DNA from: an uncultured virus (IMG/VR IMGVR_UViG_3300009132_000003) | Taxonomy: Duplodnaviria > Heunggongvirae > Uroviricota > Caudoviricetes | DNA: 20,000 bases | Virus record (IMG/VR): IMGVR_UViG_3300009132_000003 | Strand: one strand, 5' to 3' | Notes under the pieces: model-generated | What the model saw: the letters and a program-made list of their open reading frames with translations, nothing else | What the model was told of the DNA's origin: nothing | Database searches by the model: none | In this document: piece after piece, positions 1 to 9,677 of the stretch | How the letters are laid out: each line of letters starts with the position of its first letter | Numbering within the stretch: position 1 is the stretch's first letter | Translations under genes and position numbers: made by a program

Positions 1-798
1 ACCATTTACGGATGTATGATTAGACTCTAGTTCATAATAGGTTTTAGATTTTACTAACTTTACGGGACCTTGTAAAAGAATGGTTACATTTTGTCTGCCT
101 AATACTCCAGTTTTATATTTGTTCCCATATACTGACATACCCATAAGATTTTTATCTTTTACTGGTCTTCCAACAGTAGTTGCTCTTGGCATAACTCCAC
201 CAAATTCTTTTTTTACATCATTAATAAATTCCTGTGTTTCTGAGTGTGAAGCTATAAGTGGTTCGGCTCTAGCACTCATTCCACCCCACTGTTGAAAATC
301 TTTTGCTTTAGATCCATCTTTATGTGATATCCAAACAACTTCAACACCCTTATTATTTAAAAGATGAAAATCTGATTTAGGTGTTCCTGGTGTTGTAGCT
401 GCTCCAGAAACAGCATAATACTTATTACCAATTTTAAGTTTTAATTCCATTAAATTGGTTTTAGATAATTCATCTTCTATTTGTTTTTGTAATGAAGCTA
501 ATTGTGCATCTTCTTTTGCTGTTCCCCCAACACCAGATCCAGGTTCTGGTTTTACAAATAATAAAATTCCTCCAACAAATTCTACTACGGGTTTTCCTGC
601 ATTATTTCCGGTCGAAACTAAAGCACCACCTAGTCTTGATGCTATTTTATCGGCAACTTTCATTCTATTTTTTGCTGGAACAAAAATTTTAAATCTTTTA
701 GCTGATATATTTTTTAGATTTCTATAGCCCATTCTAATTATAGACTGCCTATAATCTTCTGCTGTTTCTTCTTTAAGAAATGTTGAAAATCTTAACAT
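1..798 (-). CDS. Putative PD-(D/E)xK restriction-endonuclease-like protein with capsid-targeting-like N-terminus (3' end outside window)
   Basis: Not in the ORF track. Manual translation from ATG 798 (TAATG overlap with upstream stop) is open to position 1: MLRFSTFLKEETAEDYRQ...GTAKEDAQL...TPGTPKSDFHLL...VVWISHKDG...DFQQWGG... The E...PKxD...ISxK pattern resembles the type II REase-like catalytic layout. Confidence 0.75.
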   Translation of the reverse strand, partial: MLRFSTFLKEETAEDYRQSIIRMGYRNLKNISAKRFKIFVPAKNRMKVADKIASRLGGALVSTGNNAGKPVVEFVGGILLFVKPEPGSGVGGTAKEDAQLASLQKQIEDELSKTNLMELKLKIGNKYYAVSGAATTPGTPKSDFHLLNNKGVEVVWISHKDGSKAKDFQQWGGMSARAEPLIASHSETQEFINDVKKEFGGVMPRATTVGRPVKDKNLMGMSVYGNKYKTGVLGRQNVTILLQGPVKLVKSKTYYELESNHTSVNG

Positions 799-1166
799 TA
801 TATTTTCCTTAATGCTTCTACTACTTTTTCATCCATACTAATACCCGTATATTGATCATTCTTAATATGACGTAGAAAAACTAAAAAGGGTTTAATCACG
901 CTCCAATGTCTATCATCTAATTTATATTCTAATAGTTTCAGAGATGCTTCAATATCAAATGCATTAAAAATAACAATAAGATGATTTAGTATCAATCTTT
1001 CAGATAATTTACCACTATCTAAATATCTATTCACTAATCTCTTAACATATTTAAACCTATTTAAGTCTTCATAAAATTCTTCAACATCAATACACTTCGG
1101 GTTATAGTAATTCTTTATTGCATATAACATAAATGTTTCTTCATTCAATTCATTAAAAAGTTTCAT
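798..1166 (-). CDS. Conserved T4-like phage hypothetical protein (DUF7207-like)
   Basis: 122 aa. Motifs YAIKNYYNPKC, EFYEDLNRFKYVKRL and ERLILNHLIVIFNAF are recognised from a conserved protein of marine T4-like phages. Confidence 0.85.
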   Translation of the reverse strand: MKLFNELNEETFMLYAIKNYYNPKCIDVEEFYEDLNRFKYVKRLVNRYLDSGKLSERLILNHLIVIFNAFDIEASLKLLEYKLDDRHWSVIKPFLVFLRHIKNDQYTGISMDEKVVEALRKI

Positions 1167-1179
1167 AGAATATTGTTAT

Positions 1180-3105
1180 TTACTTTCCATCATTTTTAGG
1201 CACTGTTTTATCGCCTGGTGCATCGTTAGTCTTTCCACCGCCCGCTTTTACTCCTGATGTAAATGCAGCAAAAGTTTTTGGTAAAACTCTATTTACATCT
1301 GCATACTCTGGAGTTTCAACGTCGTGCATATCTACAAAATCTTTTTCGCCTTTACGTGTTGCAAGTTGTTTGTCATATGTATCACGAGTTGCATCATCAG
1401 ACTTATGATTACCTGTAGGTGTTGATGTTTTGGTTTTAGCATCTTCTGCTTCTTGTAATTTTTTAGCTTGTAAAGCATCTAACCAATTTTCACGATTTAC
1501 GCTTTCATAAGCTGCTGCTGTTCGTTTTGTCACTGGTTCCATCCTTGTTACTGTTTTACCATCTACGTTTACATTCACAGGCCTTTTATCTGCACTACGA
1601 ACTGTTTTCTTGCCGCCTTTTGGTGCAGGTAAAGTGTTTTCCTTTTTATCCCAAGGTGCTTTTGGTAGTGTTGGTTTTTTCTTAGGTGGTTTAATACTAG
1701 CAAGAGCCCTCTTAATATCTTTTTGACTTAGATATTTTTTCTTTTCTTCCACTGATTCTTTTTTCATTGAAGCTTTATATAAATCAACTGCTTGGGCAAT
1801 CTTTGGATTTTTCATCATGCGCTTTGATTCAGCAGCATCTGGATTATCACATATCATACGAACAGTTGGTTCGTCTACATTATTCTTTTTAACAAATTTC
1901 TTATATGCATCAAACTTTTTAGAATCTACAGTTCCGTGGCCAAATTTATTTCTCATTGGAGTCATACTACGAGAAATTTCATTTATAGATTCATTTTGTT
2001 CAACTGATTCTTTTTTAGTTGAGTTATGAAGACCATGTTTATATTCGCCGCGCGCTAGAGCATCTTTTGCTTTTTGTTGATAACCCTGTTGATGCGGCTG
2101 ACCGACACCTCTATGAAATACGGGAAGCTTATGATAATCGTGACCGTCTTTTTTAGCTAAATGCTTAGCAAGTTGATGTGTATAGTAGGCACCGCCATCA
2201 TCTTCTTTGATAGCATCAATAGATGCAGCCATATCACCCACAGCAAATGTTACTTTACCATCTCTATTATAAAGAAATCTCTTCACGCTTGTAGGACTAT
2301 CTTTTCTTGCGAGTGTAATTTTTTCAACACCATTTCTTAGTGTATTTTTTGATTTAACAATATATTCAATAAAATCCTTACCTTTTTCTAAGGTAGAACT
2401 GTGTTTTATTTTTACCGTAGCTTTTGGTTTTAGTTTATTAAAAACCTTTAATAGTTTAGGGTCATTCATTTTAAGTTCACTCAGTTCATCAAGTTCTACT
2501 GATTCATTTTTCAGTCTTTTCTTTATTGTGGCTTGAACACGATCATCTTCTTTGTCTAGTGCTTTGTGTGGATTATAAATTTTTGGGTTACGATTTTTTG
2601 ATCCACGACCTTTTACAGGTTTATCTGGCGATGGATTTGCTCTCGCTGCCTTTATTTTATCGTAAAGACTCGTTTCATCAACTTGCGCTGATTCTTTTCT
2701 GCTTTTCTTACCATCACCGTCACAAGATGATTCCACTTTACTTATATGATACCCTTTATCATCACAGTGAGCACAACCTTTTCCTTCACACTTAGGACAT
2801 GGAACTTTTTTCATACCCGCTTCTTTTTCATCATTACCATCTACTTCAGTAGAAGCTTCTGGTTCATCTTCTTTAGCTTCTTTTTGTGTATCTGAATTAA
2901 TTGCTTTAGCAGCATCTTTTTTCATAGTAACTGGATATTTCTTTCCACCAAAATCAAAATGTGATTTACCCGCTTTATGTGCAGCTGCAGCTGCTCCATG
3001 AAATGCGGTTCTTTCGTTTGCCGGCACATCTTCAGGAATAATAAAATCATATCCTTCTAATACACTTAAGTAGGCGCTGGCCAATGTTTTAAAATTAAGT
3101 TCCAT
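1180..3105 (-). CDS. Modular Lys/Glu-rich putative internal head polyprotein with Zn-finger module
   Basis: 641 aa, AAGGAG RBS. Basic modules are separated by ESAQVDE/ESVELDE/ESINE/ESVEE linkers. Contains a CPKCEGKGCAHC motif and an AAHKAGKSHFDFGGKKYPV module. Confidence 0.75.
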   Translation of the reverse strand: MELNFKTLASAYLSVLEGYDFIIPEDVPANERTAFHGAAAAAHKAGKSHFDFGGKKYPVTMKKDAAKAINSDTQKEAKEDEPEASTEVDGNDEKEAGMKKVPCPKCEGKGCAHCDDKGYHISKVESSCDGDGKKSRKESAQVDETSLYDKIKAARANPSPDKPVKGRGSKNRNPKIYNPHKALDKEDDRVQATIKKRLKNESVELDELSELKMNDPKLLKVFNKLKPKATVKIKHSSTLEKGKDFIEYIVKSKNTLRNGVEKITLARKDSPTSVKRFLYNRDGKVTFAVGDMAASIDAIKEDDGGAYYTHQLAKHLAKKDGHDYHKLPVFHRGVGQPHQQGYQQKAKDALARGEYKHGLHNSTKKESVEQNESINEISRSMTPMRNKFGHGTVDSKKFDAYKKFVKKNNVDEPTVRMICDNPDAAESKRMMKNPKIAQAVDLYKASMKKESVEEKKKYLSQKDIKRALASIKPPKKKPTLPKAPWDKKENTLPAPKGGKKTVRSADKRPVNVNVDGKTVTRMEPVTKRTAAAYESVNRENWLDALQAKKLQEAEDAKTKTSTPTGNHKSDDATRDTYDKQLATRKGEKDFVDMHDVETPEYADVNRVLPKTFAAFTSGVKAGGGKTNDAPGDKTVPKNDGK

Positions 3106-3118
3106 CTGTGTTATCTCC

Positions 3119-3397
3119 TTACATCCAGATCTGAGTGGCTATAGCGCCAGCTGCCGCCACAATCGCGACCCAAAATAATTTGTTTATAATTCTAACAGTA
3201 TGGGCATTTTCATCTACTTTCTTTTCAATAGCATCCAGTTTTTCAGAAAACTTATTCATTCTAGCCCAAGAATCATCTCGGTACTTATTATAAGTTTCCA
3301 TTTTTTCTTCTACTCGAGCAAGAGTGACAAGTGCTTCTGCCATCTTGTCCATCTTATTTTCTATACGTTCTAAACGTGTTGTAGTATTTTCTGCCAT
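3119..3397 (-). CDS. Coiled-coil protein with C-terminal transmembrane helix
   Basis: 92 aa. Heptad-like RLERIENKMDKMAEALVTLARVEEK, ending in hydrophobic LFWVAIVAAAGAIATQIWM. Lies downstream of a late promoter. Confidence 0.75.
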   Translation of the reverse strand: MAENTTTRLERIENKMDKMAEALVTLARVEEKMETYNKYRDDSWARMNKFSEKLDAIEKKVDENAHTVRIINKLFWVAIVAAAGAIATQIWM

Positions 3398-3438
3398 TGA
3401 TCATTTTGCCCATACAATTTAGTAAAAGTAATTAGTTA

Positions 3439-3446
3439 TATTTATA
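3439..3446 (-). promoter_or_regulatory. T4-type late promoter TATAAATA
   Basis: Exact TATTTATA on + strand in the intergenic gap, about 40 bp upstream of the 3397 start. Confidence 0.75.
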
Positions 3447-3467
3447 TAAAAAAAACATTGAAGTATA

Positions 3468-5300
3468 TTAGCTAGTTGCTTTATAAACATGAAATGATCC
3501 TTTATGACTAAAGGACTGACCAGAGTGTGCAGTAGCCAAATATTCTCCAACTATGATGTGGTAGCCGTCCGCTGATATACCAATATCGGTTCCAAAATCT
3601 TCTTGGCTACTTGTTGGATCAGGCTGTAAAACTTCTTTCCATTCCCAGTTACCGCTTGTAGTATTTTTTCTAAAAATGTAAACAGAGCCCATTCGATTAA
3701 GATAGCTGGATTGATATGATTGTGCTGATGCTACTATTGTTTTACCATCACCATTAATTCCTACTGCTCTACCAAAGTGACGTGAGTTAGACCATTGCCC
3801 TTTTTCAGAACTTGACATTTGAGACCATCTGATAACTTGCGTCGGTGTCATTGATTGTGCAGATGGAAGGGTTGTTATATCAAAAACATTTACTTCACCA
3901 TCCGCTGGATCATAATTTCCACCGGCGATCATAGTGTTACCATCTGCGGAAATAGCGACATCCATGCCGTTCCAGTTACCGCTTTCCTGATAATATTTAA
4001 TTTGTGATGTTGTATTAGACCAGTTGGTGGAAGTATCGGGACGAGTTATTAAGTAAGCTCTAGCCTGTGAACCACTGCTATAATTAGGACAACCAACCAC
4101 TAATCGTGTGCCGATTTCATCCATTTCCATTGCACCTCTATAGTTAGATTTAGTGCCTCGTCCTCTTCCTAGATATGAGTTTGTGGAATTTAAACTGCTT
4201 ATGTCGGCCATATCATATGATTCAGTAAAGCTTGTATTTTTATCTGCTCTTGAATGAAATTTTATTCCGCCTCTATTGCTGTAAAAAGTAGGTCTGGCAA
4301 CCGCTAATACTAATCCGTCACCTGAAATAGCAATAGACATACCGAACTGGTTAGATCCAGAAATAGTTTGATCTAGCGACCAAGATGTTCCAGATCTTTT
4401 ATAAATCTTTACTTCATTATTATTTGGATCACCAATAGCCACTGTAATGCCTTCGTCATCTATAGCCAAATCAGTTCCAAAATGCTGAGATCCACTGGTA
4501 AATTCTGCTTGCTTAGACCAGTTACCGTTTCCTGTTGAATCATACCAAATTTGAACCCATGCAAGAGTCGCCTGGCTATAACCCGTTGAGATTACGGCGT
4601 AGGTGCCGTCTTTATTTATTTCAGTCATAGATCCCCATTCTCTATTACTTTGATAATAGGGCATATCTTGAAGATTATCAGCAGTTTTATTATATGAATC
4701 CCACTCAGGGCTAGGAGCTATAAAGGTAAGAGTAAAACTAGAAACATATGGTAGAATATTAACACCATCTGTTGCTCTAAAAGTAATTGTACCAGTATGA
4801 GGACCAGCTTGACTATCCAACTGTGCTTCAGTTTTTGGAGTAATCGTAAATACACTTGAATCTTGAGTTATTGTTGCCATACTGTCCATTGAACCACCTA
4901 TAATATGCGAATAAGTTATAGGTATGCCTTCTGGATCAGTTGCTGCAAGACTAACAGTAGTAGCAACACCCGAACTAGTGGCATCTAATTCATATGTTGC
5001 AAGAGGTGAGGTATCCCATGTTGGTGTCGTATTAATCAAAGCAATATTGTACCAACCTTGACCATTCCAAATATAAAGCCTATTTGTGCCTTCAATAAAA
5101 GCTTGATCACCTTGCGAATTTCCAGCTGCTGGTAAATCATCTACTGATGAATATGAAAAATTAGCATCAACCTCATCAGTTCCAGAGTCTATTGCAGAAA
5201 CCACAGAAGTTGGAACAGTAACAGAAGGAGTGCTAATAACTTCAGATAATATTGTATTATCTACTAAAGCTTTGGCTAATTGTCTTGCTTTACTTGGCAT
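3468..5300 (-). CDS. Putative virion structural/adhesin protein: N-terminal shared module plus FG-GAP-like beta-propeller
   Basis: 610 aa, S/T/G-rich. Repeats HFGTDLAIDDEG, QFGMSIAISGDG, NGMDVAISADG, HFGRAVGINGDG, DFGTDIGISADG. The N-terminal ~160 aa is paralogous to the ORF starting at 19534. Confidence 0.8.
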   Translation of the reverse strand: MPSKARQLAKALVDNTILSEVISTPSVTVPTSVVSAIDSGTDEVDANFSYSSVDDLPAAGNSQGDQAFIEGTNRLYIWNGQGWYNIALINTTPTWDTSPLATYELDATSSGVATTVSLAATDPEGIPITYSHIIGGSMDSMATITQDSSVFTITPKTEAQLDSQAGPHTGTITFRATDGVNILPYVSSFTLTFIAPSPEWDSYNKTADNLQDMPYYQSNREWGSMTEINKDGTYAVISTGYSQATLAWVQIWYDSTGNGNWSKQAEFTSGSQHFGTDLAIDDEGITVAIGDPNNNEVKIYKRSGTSWSLDQTISGSNQFGMSIAISGDGLVLAVARPTFYSNRGGIKFHSRADKNTSFTESYDMADISSLNSTNSYLGRGRGTKSNYRGAMEMDEIGTRLVVGCPNYSSGSQARAYLITRPDTSTNWSNTTSQIKYYQESGNWNGMDVAISADGNTMIAGGNYDPADGEVNVFDITTLPSAQSMTPTQVIRWSQMSSSEKGQWSNSRHFGRAVGINGDGKTIVASAQSYQSSYLNRMGSVYIFRKNTTSGNWEWKEVLQPDPTSSQEDFGTDIGISADGYHIIVGEYLATAHSGQSFSHKGSFHVYKATS

Positions 5301-5303
5301 TCG

Positions 5304-5606
5304 TCATTCCTTAATTTTTACTACATTCTGTTTGGTTTTTTTATGAAGTTTAATTTTCAAATTATCATATCCTTTTAGTAATCGATGATATTCACCTTCT
5401 GGTATTTCAAATCTCATTTTTTCTCTTAAAAGAAACGGCAGAGAATTTTCAAATTGTAATTGCCAACCTTGTCCTTCTAAAACTTCAATAACTCGATCTT
5501 CTCTATCTCTATGCCAAACATATTCTTCAGCAGGTTGATTAACATCGAAGATTCTAATATCTCCATCATCTATATAAGGTTTACCAGAAATAATTTCCAC
5601 CACCAC
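5304..5606 (-). CDS. Small cupin-like protein
   Basis: 100 aa. WHRDREDR...VLEG.GW...IPEGEYHRL matches the two-motif cupin pattern with His/Asp/His candidate metal ligands. Confidence 0.65.
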   Translation of the reverse strand: MVVEIISGKPYIDDGDIRIFDVNQPAEEYVWHRDREDRVIEVLEGQGWQLQFENSLPFLLREKMRFEIPEGEYHRLLKGYDNLKIKLHKKTKQNVVKIKE

Positions 5607-5943
5607 TCAATCCTAACTGTTTTGCATAACGAGGTAATCTACATGACCAATAACCAGCTGTCATTTTATCTGTTTTCATATCGCAATTATGACGACTAGC
5701 AAAATTTCTAGCAGCTTCTCTATCATTAATTTTAGAAGTTAAACCGCCTTTTTCGTCACCAAATTCAATCTTTCTAACGTTACCGGTTTTTCTATCTTTT
5801 ACATATACTACATATTTCTTTTTACCACTTGAGCGTTTAGGGCTATTTAGCTCTGGACCATCAGCTGCTTCAAGCATTGGTGTTTCCAAAGGAACTTGTG
5901 TGCCCTCATAAAGCCCAAATACAAATGTCTTAAATTTATCCAC
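5581..5943 (-). CDS. Conserved phage basic protein (KKY.VYV...FGD...F..RHNC...AGYWSC family)
   Basis: 120 aa, GTG start, N-terminus MDKFKTFVFGLYE. The motif set is familiar from T4-like and giant-virus hypothetical proteins. Confidence 0.75.
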   Translation of the reverse strand: MDKFKTFVFGLYEGTQVPLETPMLEAADGPELNSPKRSSGKKKYVVYVKDRKTGNVRKIEFGDEKGGLTSKINDREAARNFASRHNCDMKTDKMTAGYWSCRLPRYAKQLGLSGGGNYFW

Positions 5944-5970
5944 CGAACTCGTGCCCCGCTACTCTTTTCA

Positions 5971-8900
5971 TTATTGTGCCCTAATCTTCATATTTCCATT
6001 TATCAGCGACTTAATATTTATAGTTGATGCATTTGGAAATTCTGCGACGTAATCTGTACCACCAATCGCTTCTCTTACTATAGCTTCTGCATCATAATTA
6101 ATTGTTACACCGTCTGAAATAGGTGAGGAACCTGAAGCTGCATAAGGAGCAATCATAAGATCCAATGTGTCTGCACTGTCTTGGCTAAAGTGATATCCGT
6201 CAGCCACGGCATCAAGTTGAGCTTTGTTCATACGATTAAATGCTTGAGCTCCTAGTGCTTGCTGTAGTGTTGCGTGTTCATTATTAGTAGTGCCATTGGC
6301 CCATGTCTGATTAGTGTTATAGTTAATAGTTGTTCCACCAGTTGAAAATTCCATTATTCTCTGAGCCGGTGATGTTGAGCTATTTTGACTAACTATTGTA
6401 TACATCTTAGATCCATCGGAGTTAAAGTTAACTGCATTTGGTGACCAATTAAGGTGTGCTCCGTTCTGATCTACTTGTTTTATGTTTTCTAAGTATGTAA
6501 TTGTACTACTTATGTCCCAAGCAGTACTTAAACTAAATTTTGCAACACCTTTCAGAATATCGATGTGCGAATTTGCTGCCACAGGGTTGCCTGTATTAAA
6601 GTGAGGCAAAAAGAAATAGGTTCCGTCACTACTGAACCAAATATCATTCCCTGCAAGTGCCACCCCTTGGTTTGACACACCTTGATCTGACGGAAGGTTT
6701 ACGGTATAATCAAGACTAGCAGTAGTTACATCCCATGCGGTAGACATGGAAAACTGTTTGAGTTCTCTTCCAGTTCCATCATCTATATTATAGAATTTTG
6801 TTCCATCTGGTTTAAAGAATATTCCAGATGATGAAGTACTCATATTATACTCACCATAGGCCGATTGCGCCGTAGAAATATTCCATGCGGTATTCATGTT
6901 TAATTGACGTATGTAGTTATTGCGATCACTTATATATGCTCTAGTTCCATCTGGTTTAAAGAAAAATCCTCGAGACTGGGTTGATGTACTAAAGGACTTG
7001 GATCTTCCATACGAAACTGTGCTTAAATCAAACGCAGTTCCTATATCATACTCAAAGATAGTATCAGAAGTTTGACCACCGACCCAGACTTTAGTTCCGT
7101 CTGGCTTCAAGTGCATATACATATAGCCTTCATTTTGTGAAAGATGAGAAGACAGGGTTGTAAAAGATCCGTTCGCTAAGTCATAACCTATAGTCACTGT
7201 AGTGCCGGGCGCGTTATTATACTGCCAAGTTCCAGAATTGTTTCTTGCAATCTTTCTAACACCATCTGAACCTTTAGCCACTCCCCAGCTTGTCCGATTA
7301 TCGGTAGACACAGCATAGAAAATATCGCCGTCATTTTTAGTTTCATCTGCAGCCATTGAGTTAATATCCTGCCAAGTAGATGAATTGATTTGACCATTGG
7401 ATGAATTTGTAAGAGCTGGATAATATTGAGAGTATGGATGTGTATACGAAACACCAGTTCCAGATGTGTACTGTTTATATCTAGGATTTGCAGCACTTGA
7501 GTTATCACCTAGATATACATAATGTCCACTAGGACTAAAGCTTATTCCCCAAACATTTGTAAGCCCACTATTCCATGTAGCACCTGAATCAAGGGTTGCA
7601 CTTGTAATATCATATGCAGGAGATAGATTATAGGTTTCTGTTGGTCCGGCGCTGCGTTGTACAAATACTTTTGTTCCATCGCTATTAAATCTCATGCCCA
7701 TACAATCGGTGGTGGATAACTGTCCAGAAGTTACACTATCATAAGATGCAGTACTTATATCAAAACCGGTTGTTAAACCATATTGATAAATATTTCCATT
7801 ATAATCCATAATGTAAAGTTTTGTTCCATCGGAATTAAAATCCATAGCATTTGGCTGAGTTGATTGATTTCCAACATATAAAGAAGTCGAAACTAATGTA
7901 ACACCACTACTAAGATCCCATGCGGAACTAAGATTCCACTGATAAACTCTGTCCGAACTAGTGCCAACTACCATAAAGCTCGTACCATCCTCTTTAACCC
8001 ATATACTTCTAGGATTTCCGTTTTGGCTAGTAACGGGATAAGATATCACATTACTTATCGTGGAAACATTAAATGGTGTTGATAGAGTAGCATGATATAC
8101 AGCATCATTACCATTTCTTAGATAAAAACATTTAGTTCCATCAGTGCTAAAACCAATTTCTGTTGGATACACAACGCTGCTCCATGTATATTCACCAACG
8201 AAAGATGGAGAAGATAAGTTATATACATCACTTGTTGTAAAACCGCTTAATTCAATACCAGAACCATCAGCCTTACCTTGAGCACCAAACAGTTGCCAAG
8301 AAGAAATAGCAGACGTATCAGCGAAGGCAGTGACCGATTTATATGCACCAGCAGTAGATGTAATAATAGCAGATCCAGAATTACCTACAACTTTCTTACC
8401 TACGTCTGTAGATGAAAATGCTGTGATAGACCCAGAAATCCATTCAGTTACATTATTTGCTGATCTTGTCAAATATAATCTGGTACCACTACTACCAAAG
8501 AAAACATGACCATTAGCATATCCAGATTGACTTCCATCACTTACCCAATCCCATAAAACGCTATCATAAGTAGCAGTAGTAATGTCATAAGCAGTAGACA
8601 GAGAATATTGTCTTAATTCATAATCTGAATTTACTGTTCGACCCATAATAAACATTTTAGTTCCATCGGAATTTAAACTAACTCCATAAGGAATATTAAA
8701 AACGGAACTAATATCAAAATTAGAAACATTACTTGCTGTACTAATATCCCAAGCAGTTGTTAAATCCCAACGATATACTCTATCATTACTTGAACCAGTA
8801 CAGAAAAAACTAGTTCCATCAGATTTCCAATGCATAATACTAGAACCTGGATCAACACCTGAAAAGCTTACACTTTTATTACTATAACTTGCAGTAGTTA

Positions 8901-9654
8901 CATCCCAAGCAGTACTTAATGTATATTGATAATATCTATCGTTCATCATACCACCCACATACATTATAGTGCCAACAGAATTAAAAGCTGGTCCTCTAAT
9001 ATTTGTATCTTGAGATCCAACAGCAAAATTTCCAGTTGTACTTCCTACAGTTGAAAGATCCCAAGCAGTAGTTAAAGGATATTGTATAATAGTATCAGCC
9101 TGATTATCATGTATGTACATAACAGTTCCATCAGATTTAAACCACGTACCATTGGCTGTAACACTGACAGTAGATATGTCAAAGGTATTATTTAGAGATA
9201 GAGATGAAATATCATATGTTGATGATGTAGCAGTTGAACTTGTGAAAGTACCATCACCTGTCGCACTAGGTGTTAATGTTGTACTTGAATAAGAAATTGG
9301 TTTTTCATCAAAGAACTCGTAATTAGTGGCATTAGCATTAACATCCCAGTTACCTTTACTGCTTACTCCAGGTTGAGGTACTTCTTTAAACACGGACACA
9401 AGAGGGCTAACTGAACTAATACTGTCAGTCAAATTAAAATCTATAGTTTGATTAGAATCAAACGATTGAGTAAGAGTATTATTAGATGTAATATTTTTAG
9501 CACTAACACTAATAACGCCATCATTACTAATGGTTGCTGTTTTAGTTTCTACAGCAGCAATTTGTGTTGGAGTAGCAGTAGGATTTTCAACCATGTCACT
9601 CATAACAGGGTTACTAACCATTGCTTCTGCTAATTTAAACGCTTTACTTGGCAT
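5971..9654 (-). CDS. Large virion structural protein with three repeat (beta-propeller-like) domains
   Basis: 1227 aa, GGAG RBS. About 15 repeats of (Y/W/F)xLSTAWD(I/V)STA alternating with F(K/N/S)xDGT(K/R), grouped in three blocks. Confidence 0.85.
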   Translation of the reverse strand: MPSKAFKLAEAMVSNPVMSDMVENPTATPTQIAAVETKTATISNDGVISVSAKNITSNNTLTQSFDSNQTIDFNLTDSISSVSPLVSVFKEVPQPGVSSKGNWDVNANATNYEFFDEKPISYSSTTLTPSATGDGTFTSSTATSSTYDISSLSLNNTFDISTVSVTANGTWFKSDGTVMYIHDNQADTIIQYPLTTAWDLSTVGSTTGNFAVGSQDTNIRGPAFNSVGTIMYVGGMMNDRYYQYTLSTAWDVTTASYSNKSVSFSGVDPGSSIMHWKSDGTSFFCTGSSNDRVYRWDLTTAWDISTASNVSNFDISSVFNIPYGVSLNSDGTKMFIMGRTVNSDYELRQYSLSTAYDITTATYDSVLWDWVSDGSQSGYANGHVFFGSSGTRLYLTRSANNVTEWISGSITAFSSTDVGKKVVGNSGSAIITSTAGAYKSVTAFADTSAISSWQLFGAQGKADGSGIELSGFTTSDVYNLSSPSFVGEYTWSSVVYPTEIGFSTDGTKCFYLRNGNDAVYHATLSTPFNVSTISNVISYPVTSQNGNPRSIWVKEDGTSFMVVGTSSDRVYQWNLSSAWDLSSGVTLVSTSLYVGNQSTQPNAMDFNSDGTKLYIMDYNGNIYQYGLTTGFDISTASYDSVTSGQLSTTDCMGMRFNSDGTKVFVQRSAGPTETYNLSPAYDITSATLDSGATWNSGLTNVWGISFSPSGHYVYLGDNSSAANPRYKQYTSGTGVSYTHPYSQYYPALTNSSNGQINSSTWQDINSMAADETKNDGDIFYAVSTDNRTSWGVAKGSDGVRKIARNNSGTWQYNNAPGTTVTIGYDLANGSFTTLSSHLSQNEGYMYMHLKPDGTKVWVGGQTSDTIFEYDIGTAFDLSTVSYGRSKSFSTSTQSRGFFFKPDGTRAYISDRNNYIRQLNMNTAWNISTAQSAYGEYNMSTSSSGIFFKPDGTKFYNIDDGTGRELKQFSMSTAWDVTTASLDYTVNLPSDQGVSNQGVALAGNDIWFSSDGTYFFLPHFNTGNPVAANSHIDILKGVAKFSLSTAWDISSTITYLENIKQVDQNGAHLNWSPNAVNFNSDGSKMYTIVSQNSSTSPAQRIMEFSTGGTTINYNTNQTWANGTTNNEHATLQQALGAQAFNRMNKAQLDAVADGYHFSQDSADTLDLMIAPYAASGSSPISDGVTINYDAEAIVREAIGGTDYVAEFPNASTINIKSLINGNMKIRAQ

Positions 9655-9677
9655 TAATGTTCTCCAAAATTTCTATA

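Noticed and set aside
80..727. Plus-strand ORFs of 71, 90 and 66 aa
   Set aside because: Antisense shadows of the minus-strand gene 1..798, with no RBS and non-protein-like composition.
6800..6963. 20-bp direct repeat GTTCCATCTGGTTTAAAGAA and similar STAWD-coding repeats, considered as CRISPR or DGR template/variable repeats
   Set aside because: Explained by protein repeats (FKPDGT). There is no regular spacer array, no adenine-specific mismatch pattern, and no reverse transcriptase in the window.
7194..7508. 104-aa alternative-frame ORF inside the 1227-aa gene
   Set aside because: Leu/Ile/Gln-rich as expected from T/A-ending host codons, with no RBS and no clear codon shift.
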